Of a stretch of 32,000 nt of DNA, positions 19,710 through 29,673 are shown one piece after another (positions within the stretch are counted from its first letter, which is position 1; every line of letters starts with the position of its first letter). The notes under the pieces are model-generated. The model did not search any database. It was not told the origin of the DNA and worked only from the letters and a program-made list of their open reading frames with translations. This DNA comes from Candidatus Saccharimonadota bacterium (lineage in GTDB: Bacteria > Patescibacteriota > Gracilibacteria > Absconditabacterales > Absconditicoccaceae), in assembly GCA_000503875.1 (NCBI GenBank), contig CP006913.1, forward strand, positions 1,145,761-1,177,760, given 5' to 3'. Made by a program: the position numbers and the translations under genes.

Positions 19710-21152
19710 ATGAAGAAAACAACAGAAAAGGACTCTTTGGTTTCTCAGATCAAAGCGATTCCAAATCAAGTTAAAATTTTTGTTTTGGGATTGTTTGTGG
19801 TAGTTTTGGCTCTTGTTAGTGTTTTGCCTAACTTAAATTATAAATTCCTTCAAGGAAGCATTTTAAATATAAAAACAGAATCAAAAGTTAATGGTTATGG
19901 TTATTGATATGGTTATGAACCTCCATATGTTTTTGTAGATGATGATTGATATGGATATGGTTATCAAGTAGATGAAAACACTAAAAAATATATTAGAATT
20001 AGAAATATTGAATTTTATTTTGATAATATGTCTGATATATTAACTGTAAAAGTAATATATAGTCCAAGATATGAAGGCACTATGATTGTAGAACCATCTA
20101 TTTATCTTGTTGAGCCAGCACAAATAAATTATTGAACCACAAATCCATCATATATTGGGAAATGTTTGGTTTTGGAAAACAATGATATTTGTATTATGAA
20201 ACAACAATTTACTATAAATAGAACATTGCATGGAAATCAAATAAAAGTAACACCAGTATTTAAAACAAGAGTTACTGCAGTATCAAATAATGATCAAAGA
20301 GCTTTATGACAAATAATAATCGATAATGCCAGCACAAATACAACTTGTCAAACACCAGAAAACATATTAGCGTGTTCTTTGCATTTAACATCTTGTCCAA
20401 GTGAATGTAGACCAGCTCAATGTCAAACACCAGAAAATGTATTAGCGTGTTCTTTGGGGTTAGATTCTTGTCCACAAGAATGTATATATAATTGAAATAC
20501 TACTTTAACAGGGAATGTTTGTCAAACACCAGAAAATGTATTAGCATGTTCTTTGCATTTAGCATCTTGTCCACAAGAATGTAGACCAGCCCAATGTCAA
20601 ATACCAGAGAATGTATTAGCGTGTTCTTTAGGGTTAGATTCTTGTCCACAAGAATGTATATATGGAGCAACTTCAGGAAACACAACATCATACTGGACTA
20701 ACTGGCTCAATAGAGATGGTCCATCTGGAAACGGAGATTATGAAACATATGCTGATTTTATGCCAGTTCCTTGTAAAGATGGATATCAACCAATTGATGT
20801 AAAATTTATTCGTGCTGACGAAAGTGAAACAACACAAACTATTCATTTTTCATCGAAAGGTGGGTATTGTTTAAATAGTGAAAATTCAAAATGATGTGCA
20901 GATTATAAAGTGAAATTCTTTTGTGAAAAAACAGGAAGCAAACCAACGATTATTGAAAAGCCAAAAGAAACACCAAGAGTTATTGAACAACCAAAGGTTG
21001 TAGAAACACCGATAGTTATAGAAAAGCCAAGAACTGTAAAAGAAGCAATAACTATAGAAGCTAAACCAACACCAAAGACAAAAGAAACGATTGAAACTAA
21101 AACTACAGCAGAATCAACAATTTTAGATATTTTCAAAGATCTTTTAAAATAA
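19710..21152 (+). CDS. secreted or anchored Cys-rich repeat protein with a WxxW (mucin-2-type) domain (480 aa)
   Basis: ATG 19710 (MKKTTEKDS...) is followed by a TM/signal anchor. Track ORFs 19647.., 20553.. and 20910.. are all in frame 0 and are joined by TGA. Features in order are a GYGYGYGY tract, four CQTPENVLACSL-x-L-x-SCPxEC units, YWTNWLNRDGPSGNGDYE...GGYCLN...GCADYKVKFFC (WxxW pattern) and a PK/E/T-rich tail with repeats of the form [IV]IE[KQ]P-[KR]. Confidence 0.75.
20346..20663 (+). repeat. in-frame tandem repeat: two 174-nt super-units, each holding two Cys-rich sub-units (75 nt, then 69 nt within the 99-nt second half)
   Basis: 20346-20489 aligns with 20520-20663 with about a dozen mismatches over 144 nt by eye. 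TGTCAAACACCAGAAAA starts recur at 20346, 20421, 20520 and 20595. Confidence 0.85.
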
Positions 21153-21173
21153 AAGGTAATAATTGATAAAAAA

Positions 21174-21198
21174 GACTCCTCCTCGTGGGGAGTTTTTC
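21174..21198 (+). terminator. rho-independent terminator
   Basis: ACTCC...GGAGT hairpin followed by TTTTT, about 20 nt after stop 21152. Confidence 0.5.
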
Positions 21199-21265
21199 TT
21201 TAGACTTGAAAAAACAAACAAATACCATAAAACAAATCAGATTTTTATTCTATATTTTGGATATT

Positions 21266-23651
21266 GATGGCAGACAATCTAGTTATCGTGGAGTCTCCTG
21301 CGAAATCACAAACAATCAAAAAGTTTCTTTGACCAGATTATGAGGTGAAAGCGTCCTTCGGACACGTAGTAGATCTTCCTCAAAAATCATTGGGAATCGA
21401 TATAGAAAATAATTTTCAGCCACAATACGAAGTCTCTCCTGACAAGAAAAAAGTAATTTCAGAACTTAAATCCTTAGCAAAAAATGCCAAAAAGGTATGG
21501 ATCGCTACCGATGAAGACCGCGAGGGAGAAGCTATCGGACGACACGTAGCCAACCAATTAGGATTAGATATCAAAAAGACATCAAGAATCGTATTTCACG
21601 AAATTACTAAAGATGCAATCCAACACGCTGTAGCAAATCCAAGAACATTAGATATGCATTTAGTTGATGCTCAGCAGGCAAGAAGAGTCCTCGATAGACT
21701 TGTTTGATTCGAATTGTCACCGGTGCTCCGAAGAAAAATTAAAGCAGGTCTCAGTGCCTGAAGAGTACAATCAGTTGCGGTAAGATTGATTGTTGAAAGA
21801 GAAAGAGAAATACAAAAATTCGAATCAGAATCTAGCTTTAAAGTAGTTGGATTTTTTATAGGAGATGCAAAACAACCATTCAAAGCAGAACTTTCTAAAG
21901 AATTCAAAACCCAGCCAGAAGCCCAAAGCTTCTTGGAAGAAATAAAAGCAGCATTATACAATATCTCAGATATCGAGGTGAAACCAGGTAAAAAATCACC
22001 TTCAGCTCCATTTACAACATCAACACTTCAACAAGAAGCAAGTCGTAAAATGGGATTTCCTGTTGCCAGAACCATGCAAGTTGCTCAGAAATTATACGAA
22101 GCAGGATTGATTACCTACATGAGAACTGATTCCGTAAATCTTTCTGAAACAGCAATCGCTGCGTGTCAGCAAGAAATTACAAAACTCTATGGAAAGGATT
22201 ATTCCAAACCAACAAACTATGTGACCAAATCAAAAGGCTCACAAGAAGCGCATGAATGTATCAGACCTACGCATATGGAAAATTCAGTAGCAGGAGCAGA
22301 TCCTCAAGAAAAAAAACTCTATGAACTGATTTGGAAAAGAACATTAGCTTCTCAAATGGCCCCAGCCGAAGTAGAAAAGACTAAGGCTACGATAGATATA
22401 TCAACCAGTAAACTAAAATTTATCGCCACAGGAGAAGTAATTAAATTCGAATGATTTCTCAAAGTATATATGGAATCTCATGATGACGAAGATGATCAAA
22501 ATCAAGAAGGAATGTTACCAATTTTGAAAAAAGGAGAACTCTTGACGATGCAATCAATTCTTGCGGGTCAAAAATTCAAAAACCATCCACCAAGATATAC
22601 AGAAGCAAGTCTGGTTAAAAAGCTTGAAGAGCTAGGAATTTGACGTCCGTCTACTTATGCACCGACAATTTCTACGATTCAAAAAAGAGGATACGTGGTG
22701 AAAGAAGATAGACCGGGGGAACAGAGATCTTTTGTCGAGATGATCCTCAAAGCCGGACAAATTACCACAGAAACCAAAAAACAGATGACCGGTGCCGAGA
22801 AACAAAAGCTGTTCCCAACTGATATTGGGATGGTTGTTACTGATTTTCTCGTAGAACATTTTTCTGATATTATGGATTATAACTTCACAGCAAATGTAGA
22901 AGAAGATTTCGATAAAATCGCAGAAAATCAATTACAACGACAAGATATGATGCTCAATTTTTATGGATCATTTCATGCATCGGTTGTAGATACTATGGGA
23001 AGTGCAGAAAGACAAAGCGGTGAAAGAGAGTTGGGAATTGATCCCGTAAGTGGTAGAAAAGTAATTGCAAGGATTGGAAGGTTTGGTCCAATGGTACAAA
23101 TCGGACATCAAGACGATGAAGAAAAACCAAAATTCGCATCACTTCCAGCAGGTAAAAATATAGAAACGGTTACGATAGAAGACGCACTCAAAATGTTTGC
23201 ATTACCAAGAGTTGTTGGTATGTATGAGGGGAAAGAAATGGCTGCAGCAATAGGAAGATTCTGACCATATATCAAGCGAGCATCGGTGTTCGCATCATTG
23301 CCTCGTGACGCAGGATACGACGTTTTCACGATAACTGCTGAGCAAGCCGAAACCTTGGTAAAAGCCAAAGTTGAACAAGTTCAAAATAGAAATATCAGTG
23401 CCTTCGATTACCACGGAAAACAAATCGAGGTGCTCAAAGGTCAATACGGACCATATATTAAATTTGACAAAAATAATTTCAAAATACCAAAAGGATGAAA
23501 AGATGCAACGGATCTTACCCTCGAAGATTGTATGGCTATCATAGGTCCTAAAGCATTATGATCAGACACACCGGCAAAATCATCTGCTAAATCAGAAAAA
23601 CCAAAGAAAAAAGCACCAGTTAAAAAAGCTTCACCTAAAAAGAAGAAATAA
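21266..23651 (+). CDS. topA: DNA topoisomerase I, with a 1-nt frame disruption after codon 12
   Basis: MADNLVIVESPA is in frame 2 from ATG 21266. The continuation KSQTIKKFLGPDYEVKASFGHVVDLP... is in frame 0 from 21303 and is joined to track ORFs 21345.., 21786.., 22695.. and 23286.. by TGA. Motifs are DEDREGE, LSAGRVQSVAVRLIVERE and [28 protein letters not shown]. It ends at TAA 23649-23651. The total length is 2,386 nt, which is not a multiple of 3. Confidence 0.9.
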
Positions 23652-24664
23652 TGTACTACCTTCGATACGAGTACCTTTCAGAAAGTTTCCCGAGATGTAA
23701 TGTCTTCAAAATACGTGATAACAAGGAACTCTTGCACTACACGATTCATGAAGATCTTTCTAATATTGTTCAACAATCCAGAGAATATCCCAAATACGAT
23801 CACTTTTTCTTGCTCGACGAAAGCAGATTTTCTTTTTTTAGATGCGATGTAAATCAACTTTTTGAGGAGGAAATCACTATTCATACGCTCAATGAACTCA
23901 CCAAAGAAAAAATTAGAGAGACTAAAGACGCTCATGGAATTTGATGAGAAGTTGTGATGAATTATGTCGATACGATATTCGTAGATGGCAAAGAAAAGAA
24001 ATTTCTTATTGGTCAAAAAGGTCAGATTTTCTTTAGATTATATATTATATTTATAGCAAAAACGAGTCTGAATTTGTTTGACTCGGTCTATGGAACAACA
24101 TTGGAAAAGAAAAATATAAATCTGATTCCTCAGTCATTATATACCTTACTATTTTTGAGAAACAATCTCAAGAAAGATAATTTTGTACTGCTGTATATTA
24201 CCGAGAGCTATGCAAAAGCAATCACCGTGAAAGACGGTTTCTATGCGGGAATTGACGTGTTAAACCTCGGTATGGGAGCACTCAAACAAATGTACAAAGA
24301 CAATGGCGTTGTCCAGTATCGATACAAAGAATACCAAGCAATAGAAGCAAACCCTCTTGCAAAAGAACTGGTAGTAGAAACTCTGGAATTTTATTCACAA
24401 CTCTTTTGCAAACGATTATTCGAAAAACATCTCGGCGGTATGGATATTATTGTTATTTCTCCTATCACCAAAAACGAGCATTTCATCGAAACCTTCAACA
24501 AAGAATATAGAAAAATGAGTAACAACTATATCGTTCCTTTCCATCATTCCAACTCTCTCAATTCTTTTGGTATAGAACGAGAACCAGAAAATATGGACAG
24601 CCTCGTCTTTGTAAATCAAGAAGAAAAGATTAGAAAATTGCTGTTGGGAGAGGAGAAAAATTAA
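23651..24664 (+). CDS. hypothetical protein (337 aa)
   Basis: ATG 23651 overlaps the topA stop by 1 nt. Track ORFs 23651..23944 and 23954..24664 share a frame and are joined by TGA-TGA (23942-23947). No family recognised. Confidence 0.6.
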
Positions 24665-25659
24665 TGTAAGTTTTCTTTTTCTACATAAGAAATAAAATTA
24701 TCTAAAGAAGTTTCCTTTAATAAATGTCTATCATTATTAATTATTCATTTAATCCGGTTATTGTCTTCAGTAAAATCAAGTCTCTCTTCAGGTAAATTAT
24801 GTTTATTGTTTTCTCTATCTGATAATTTTTTTGCATATCTTTTAAGGGTCATCAATAAGAATAGTCCCTCAAGATATTCTTTTGTAAAAGGAAAAGAACA
24901 ATGTTTTCTATATCAAGAAAAAAATCATTCAACGTTAATTCTTCAATTTCTAATAAGTTTAGCCATTCATAAACCAATAATTTCTCTACCACTAATGCCT
25001 TCTTCATCTATAAAATAAAGATGTTCATACTGATCAAATAATAAATTTCATGTGTGAGCATCAATCAAATCCAATCATAGATTGTTTTCTTTAGGGTCGA
25101 AAAGGATGTTAATTTTTTCTAAAATTTTTATTTGTTCTTCTGGGGAAAAAGTTTTTATTGCTTTTGAAATTCTTTTAATATGTTTAGATTTTACCTCTTC
25201 AAAATCCTCTTTTGATCTATCTTTTCTATATTGATTTGCTTGTCAAAGAATCTCTCATAGTTTATAATTTTTGTTAGGTCATTTGTATTGATGATATTCT
25301 ATTGAATTGGAAATTCGTTTATAAAGCAAATATTTTCATTCTCTTCCATAATAATCAGGAAGAATATTTTTTAATTTTTTTGAATTAGTGTCTATTCGTT
25401 TGGCTTTTTTTTCTGATTCACAGATTCTCAATTTATAGGTGTTTTCTCAATCAGTTATTTTAAAGACCTCTCAACTTTGAGCGCTTTCATGATATATTTT
25501 TTCCGCTTTGAGTAGTTTATTTTTATAGTTAATTATATTAGAAAATGGTTTTGCATAAAGGTCTTCTATAAGTTCGTTTTTTTCTTTTTTAAGAAAATCA
25601 TAATTTATTTTAGAAATCATATATTTAGTTTTATCTTTAATTTTTGAGAGAATTTCCAT
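24661..25659 (-). CDS. APH/choline-kinase-like phosphotransferase family protein (332 aa)
   Basis: On the minus strand, ATG (25657-25659, MEILSKIKDK...) to TAA (24661-24663) is 999 nt with many in-frame TGA. It has a LIDAHTGNLLF...YFIDEEG pattern resembling the HxDxxxxN catalytic loop plus the IDxE metal motif of the kinase-like fold. The track start at TTG 25716 sits inside the -35 box, so I moved the start. Confidence 0.55.
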
Positions 25660-25687
25660 AGAGGATTCTAATAATAAAAATCTAATA

Positions 25688-25716
25688 ATTATATTTGTTT
25701 TGCTTGATTTTGTCAA
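25688..25716 (-). promoter_or_regulatory. consensus sigma70-type promoter for the minus-strand kinase-like gene
   Basis: On the minus strand the sequence reads TTGACA (25711-25716), a 17-nt spacer, then TATAAT (25688-25693), about 29 nt upstream of ATG 25659. Confidence 0.6.
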
Positions 25717-25741
25717 AAAATAATAATATCAAATCAAAAAA

Positions 25742-25769
25742 TTGACAAAAAATAAAAAAGATATATAAT
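25742..25769 (+). promoter_or_regulatory. consensus sigma70-type promoter for the VanW-like gene
   Basis: TTGACA (25742-25747), a 16-nt spacer, then TATAAT (25764-25769), about 35 nt upstream of ATG 25804. Confidence 0.6.
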
Positions 25770-25803
25770 AATGGTAGTTTTATTTGCTACCAAAAGTTTT
25801 TTT

Positions 25804-26871
25804 ATGAAACGAAAGCGCTATAGTCGAATAGTAGCTAGTGTGATTTCCCTTGCATCAACAGGGGTTTTTGCTAGTTCAATCATTCCTATAGAAGACTATA
25901 ACCAATCAATTCGCACCTTTTCCTGATCTACAGAAATTGGTATCTTGGAAAAACGACGATTAACACAAAAAGCGCTTTGTACTATAGAACAAGATGGTGA
26001 AGGTTTTGTTATTTCACCCAGTTGTTTGCTTCGTCCTATTATCGCAGAAATGTCTGTAAAATCAGCTTTGGATTTACTAACACCATATTTAGAAGGAGTT
26101 CCAATTGTGTACAATACTGCTTCTCCCAATTTTTCTTACGAAGCAACTACTCCGATTTTTTCCCAAAAACTATTTCCAGTAACTATTAGAGACCCTCTTG
26201 ATTACGCTTTTTTATTATCACTACAAAAAGAGGAAAAAGTTTTTCGCGTTTCCAAGGTACAACTAGCATATCTTATGAGCAAATCCTGGTCATGGTATGG
26301 AGTTTGGAAAGATATGGCACCACTAAAACCTTGTACGAAACAAAATTATTATGTGGCATTTTCAAGTCTCCAAGATTATGTTCGAGCATCAGGAACTCAG
26401 TTAAATCTTAATGATATGATAGCAAATCGTGCTGGATACTGTAAAGGAACAGGACCCAAAAATCTAATGTTTTATGGTGGGGTTTGTGGATTCGCAACTC
26501 AATTATTTAGATTATCATTACTTATTCCCAACGTTGATACGGTAGAGAGATATGAGCATAGTCAGCGATACGTCGCTTATTATTCAGAATATATTTTTGG
26601 TGATGATGCAGCATTATATCAAAACAACAAAAAACTGATTTTACAAAACAATATAGGAACTGATATTTATCTCAAGACTTTAGATTTTAGAAATAGTACC
26701 TATCTAATTGCTATTGTTCCCAAGAAAATTTCTTCTTATGTTGAAATCAAAAAAGAACAAGTAGGTAACCTAAAAGGTCAGGTAACTAAAGTAGTTAAGA
26801 CACTTAAAAGCTCTCGAGTAGCTCAAGAATTTCTTTCTTACTATACACAAAGAACCTATACCGTAAGGTAA
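25804..26871 (+). CDS. VanW-like domain protein (355 aa)
   Basis: ATG 25804 (MKRKRYSRIVASVISLAS..., signal/anchor) reads through the single TGA 25924-25926 into track ORF 25945..26871. The FYGGVCGFATQLFRLSL motif resembles the VanW GGGVCQ core. Confidence 0.65.
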
Positions 26872-26940
26872 AAATTTGATTGATATTGGGACTTGTTTCC
26901 ATAGTATTAGTGAGCATTTAATTCTATAATTGTTTTCTAA

Positions 26941-27891
26941 ATGAAAAAATTTCTAATACTCTTAATTATTGTTATTCTTGTTTTCTGATGATATCTTTGG
27001 ATAAAAAACAATCCAAATAATTTAACAATAATTTCTATCAAAGAAAAATTAGGTTTAATACCAGTTGTTCAGACACAAAATAATGAATGGTATAACAAAA
27101 CAAAAACTGGCGTATTTTTGAAAAATGGAACCGATTTAAATGGAGACTTGTATTCATTCGAGTTTCTTACGGGAGCATATGCTAAGGATAAAAACAATGT
27201 TTTTTATAAATGAGAAGAAATTGTTTGAGCAGATAGAGATTCTTTCCAAATCATAAATTCAGAATATAGTCTAGATACAAAGCACATATATTATCAATCA
27301 GAGATTCTTTCTTGAGTAGATCCCAAAACGTATAATAGTCAAAATTGATATTTAAAACTTCCTTCTACAGAAATAGAAAAAATAGGAAAAATTATTCAGA
27401 ATAAAAAAAATATAATCATAGAAGAATTAGGTCTCTCATTAGATATACCTACAACGTGGTCTCTCTTTCTTAAAGAAGATAATGAGCTTGTAAGAGGGGA
27501 AGAACATAGTACGAAAGAAATAAAAATAATAACAGACAAAACAAATAACGAAAAAAATCCCATATATGTAACATTAATGGTGAATAAAACTTCTGAAGAG
27601 GAATTGATTAGTATAAAAACAGATCAAGAAAAAGAGTACGAAAAAATTAATAGTTGAGAACTTGTTGTTAATGGATGTTGATGAGCGTTGCAATGTTATC
27701 TCTTTAAGATAAATACTTCTCTATATAATGTAATTATAGGAGAAATAGCGCCTATTATTCAATCTATTTCTCAAGATAATAATCAGTCAGATTGAATTAT
27801 TGAAGATACCTCAATTAGTACGCCAGATAGCGATTATATATTTAAGACAACAGTTGCTGCGATAAAATCTTTAAAAGAAATAGAAAAATAA
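26941..27891 (+). CDS. DKNYY-repeat membrane-anchored protein (316 aa)
   Basis: ATG 26941 (MKKFLILLIIVILVFGGYLWI) to TAA 27889-27891 is one frame with multiple TGA. The AKDKNNVFYKGEEIVGADRDSFQII and LDTKHIYYQSEILSGVDPKTY segments match the DKNYY repeat style. Confidence 0.6.
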
Positions 27892-27942
27892 TAAGGTACA
27901 CAATTCAACACGAAACATTTAAAACATAACACATTATCAAAA

Positions 27943-29223
27943 ATGAATCTACGCGAAGACTTAGAAACCCGTGGGTTTCTCAACCAATTCACTGATGAAA
28001 AATTGTTTGATCTTTATACTAAAGGAGGGCAATCATTCTATATCGGATTTGATCCATCTGCAGATTCTTTGCAATTATGAAATATGTGCGGAATTATGGC
28101 AGCAGTAAATCTGATGAAATACGGAAATAAATGTTATTTCTTAGTAGGAGGAGCTACCGGTATGATCGGTGACCCCAGCGGAAAAGATGCTGAGAGAAAC
28201 TTCCTTACCGAGGAAAAACTCCGCTCAAACGAAGCAAATATTTACGCACAATTCAAAACATTCTTAACTCGTCTTCACGATGAATTTGGAATTAATTTTG
28301 AATTTGAAATGGTAAATAATTTTGACTTTTATACAGGGATGGGATACCTAGATTTCTTGAGAGAAGCGGGGAAATACATCACGGTAAATTATATGGCAGC
28401 CAAAGAATCCGTGAAGAAAAGACTCGTAGATCCTGATAAATCTATCTCATATGCAGAATTTAGTTATATGCTTATCCAAGGATATGACTTTGCTTACTTA
28501 TATAAAAATCACGGAGTAAAGCTCCAACTTGGAGGTTCAGATCAACGAGGAAATGTAACTACTGGTATCGAACTTATTAGAAAAAAATACGATTCAGAAG
28601 CCTATGGATTGACTATTCCTTTGATTACGGATGCAACAGGAAAGAAATTTGGAAAATCTGAAGGGAATGCTATTTGGCTTAATCCCGCAAAGAATAGCCC
28701 ATATTTCGTGTACCAATACTTTATGAATACGACAGATCAAGACGTAGAAAAATATCTCAAAGTTCTAACGCTTTTGGATTTCGACACTATTGCTAAGATC
28801 GTAAAACAACACAACGAAAATCCTGCTGCTAGATACGGACAAAAACGTTTAGCTGCAGAAGTAGTTGCTGTAGTCTTTGGTAAGGACTCAGTTGCTCAGG
28901 CAGAAAAGATTAGTGAAGTATTGTTCGGAACACAGGACAAAATAGAAATTATCAAATCAATGACGCCAGGAGATATCGATGCATTGATTCAAGAAGTAGG
29001 ATCAATTCCTGCTCCAGCAGAACTCAAAGTTCTTGATCTCTTTACTCAATCAGGACTCACATCATCCAATGGAGAAGCCAAAAAAATGATGCAAACAGGA
29101 TCGCTCTTCGTAAACGAAATCAAGGCTGAGGATCCCCAAAGAATCTTTACAATCAACGACTTCGTCAACGGAATCCTCCTCCTCAGAAAAGGTAAAAAAT
29201 CATTTAAAGTAATCAAGAAATAA
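27943..29223 (+). CDS. tyrS: tyrosine--tRNA ligase (426 aa)
   Basis: ATG 27943 reads through the single TGA 28078-28080 into track ORF 28084..29223. Motifs are GFDPSADSLQLGN (HIGH region), LVGGATGMIGDPSGK, GGSDQRGN, KFGKS (KMSKS) and a C-terminal S4-like domain. Confidence 0.92.
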
Positions 29224-29250
29224 TTTTTTATTTATTATATGTATATTCTC

Positions 29251-29586
29251 ATGAAAAAAATAATCGTTAGTGTATTAGCTTTAAGTGCTCTTGTTCTTAC
29301 AGGATGTTCACAAGAACCAAAACAAAATTTAGATAATTTTGCAAAATGTATTACAGAAAAATGAGCAATGATTTATACATCTACAACATGTAGTCATTGT
29401 CAGAAACAAAAAGTGCTCTTCGGTGATAGCTGGCAATATATCAAAAATGTAGACTGTAATGATAATCCAATAGTTTGTTCAAATGCAGGAATTCAAGGAG
29501 TTCCTAATCGAGTAATAAATTGAGAAAATATAATGGGACAACAATCGTTAGAATTCTTGGCAGAAAAAACCGGTTGTGAAATCTAA
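29251..29586 (+). CDS. thioredoxin-like (VKOR-partner type) lipoprotein (111 aa)
   Basis: It has a lipobox (VLTGC) and a CSHC redox motif. The KGAMIYTSTTCSHCQKQKVLFG...VDC...C...GIQGVPN..INGE...G..SLEFLAEKTGC pattern resembles the Trx-like domains fused to bacterial VKOR. It has two in-frame TGA and ends at TAA 29584-29586. Confidence 0.6.
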
Positions 29587-29673
29587 TTTCTCTTGAATTA
29601 CACAAGGAAAACAATAAAAGTCTAGTCGATCGACCGTAAAAAGGTCAGAATTTTTATTTTGTATGTGTTGAAG

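Noticed and set aside
20346-20663. Possible CRISPR array, given the regularly spaced repeats
   Set aside because: The units are in frame within a long coding sequence. They are 69-99 nt long, imperfect, and not separated by unique spacers. No cas genes are nearby.
20272-20691. Minus-strand track ORFs 20272..20475 and 20500..20691, with repetitive translations
   Set aside because: They are antisense to the Cys-rich tandem repeat of CDS 19710..21152. Their similarity to each other only mirrors that repeat, and the plus-strand frame is continuous with flanking conserved-looking domains.
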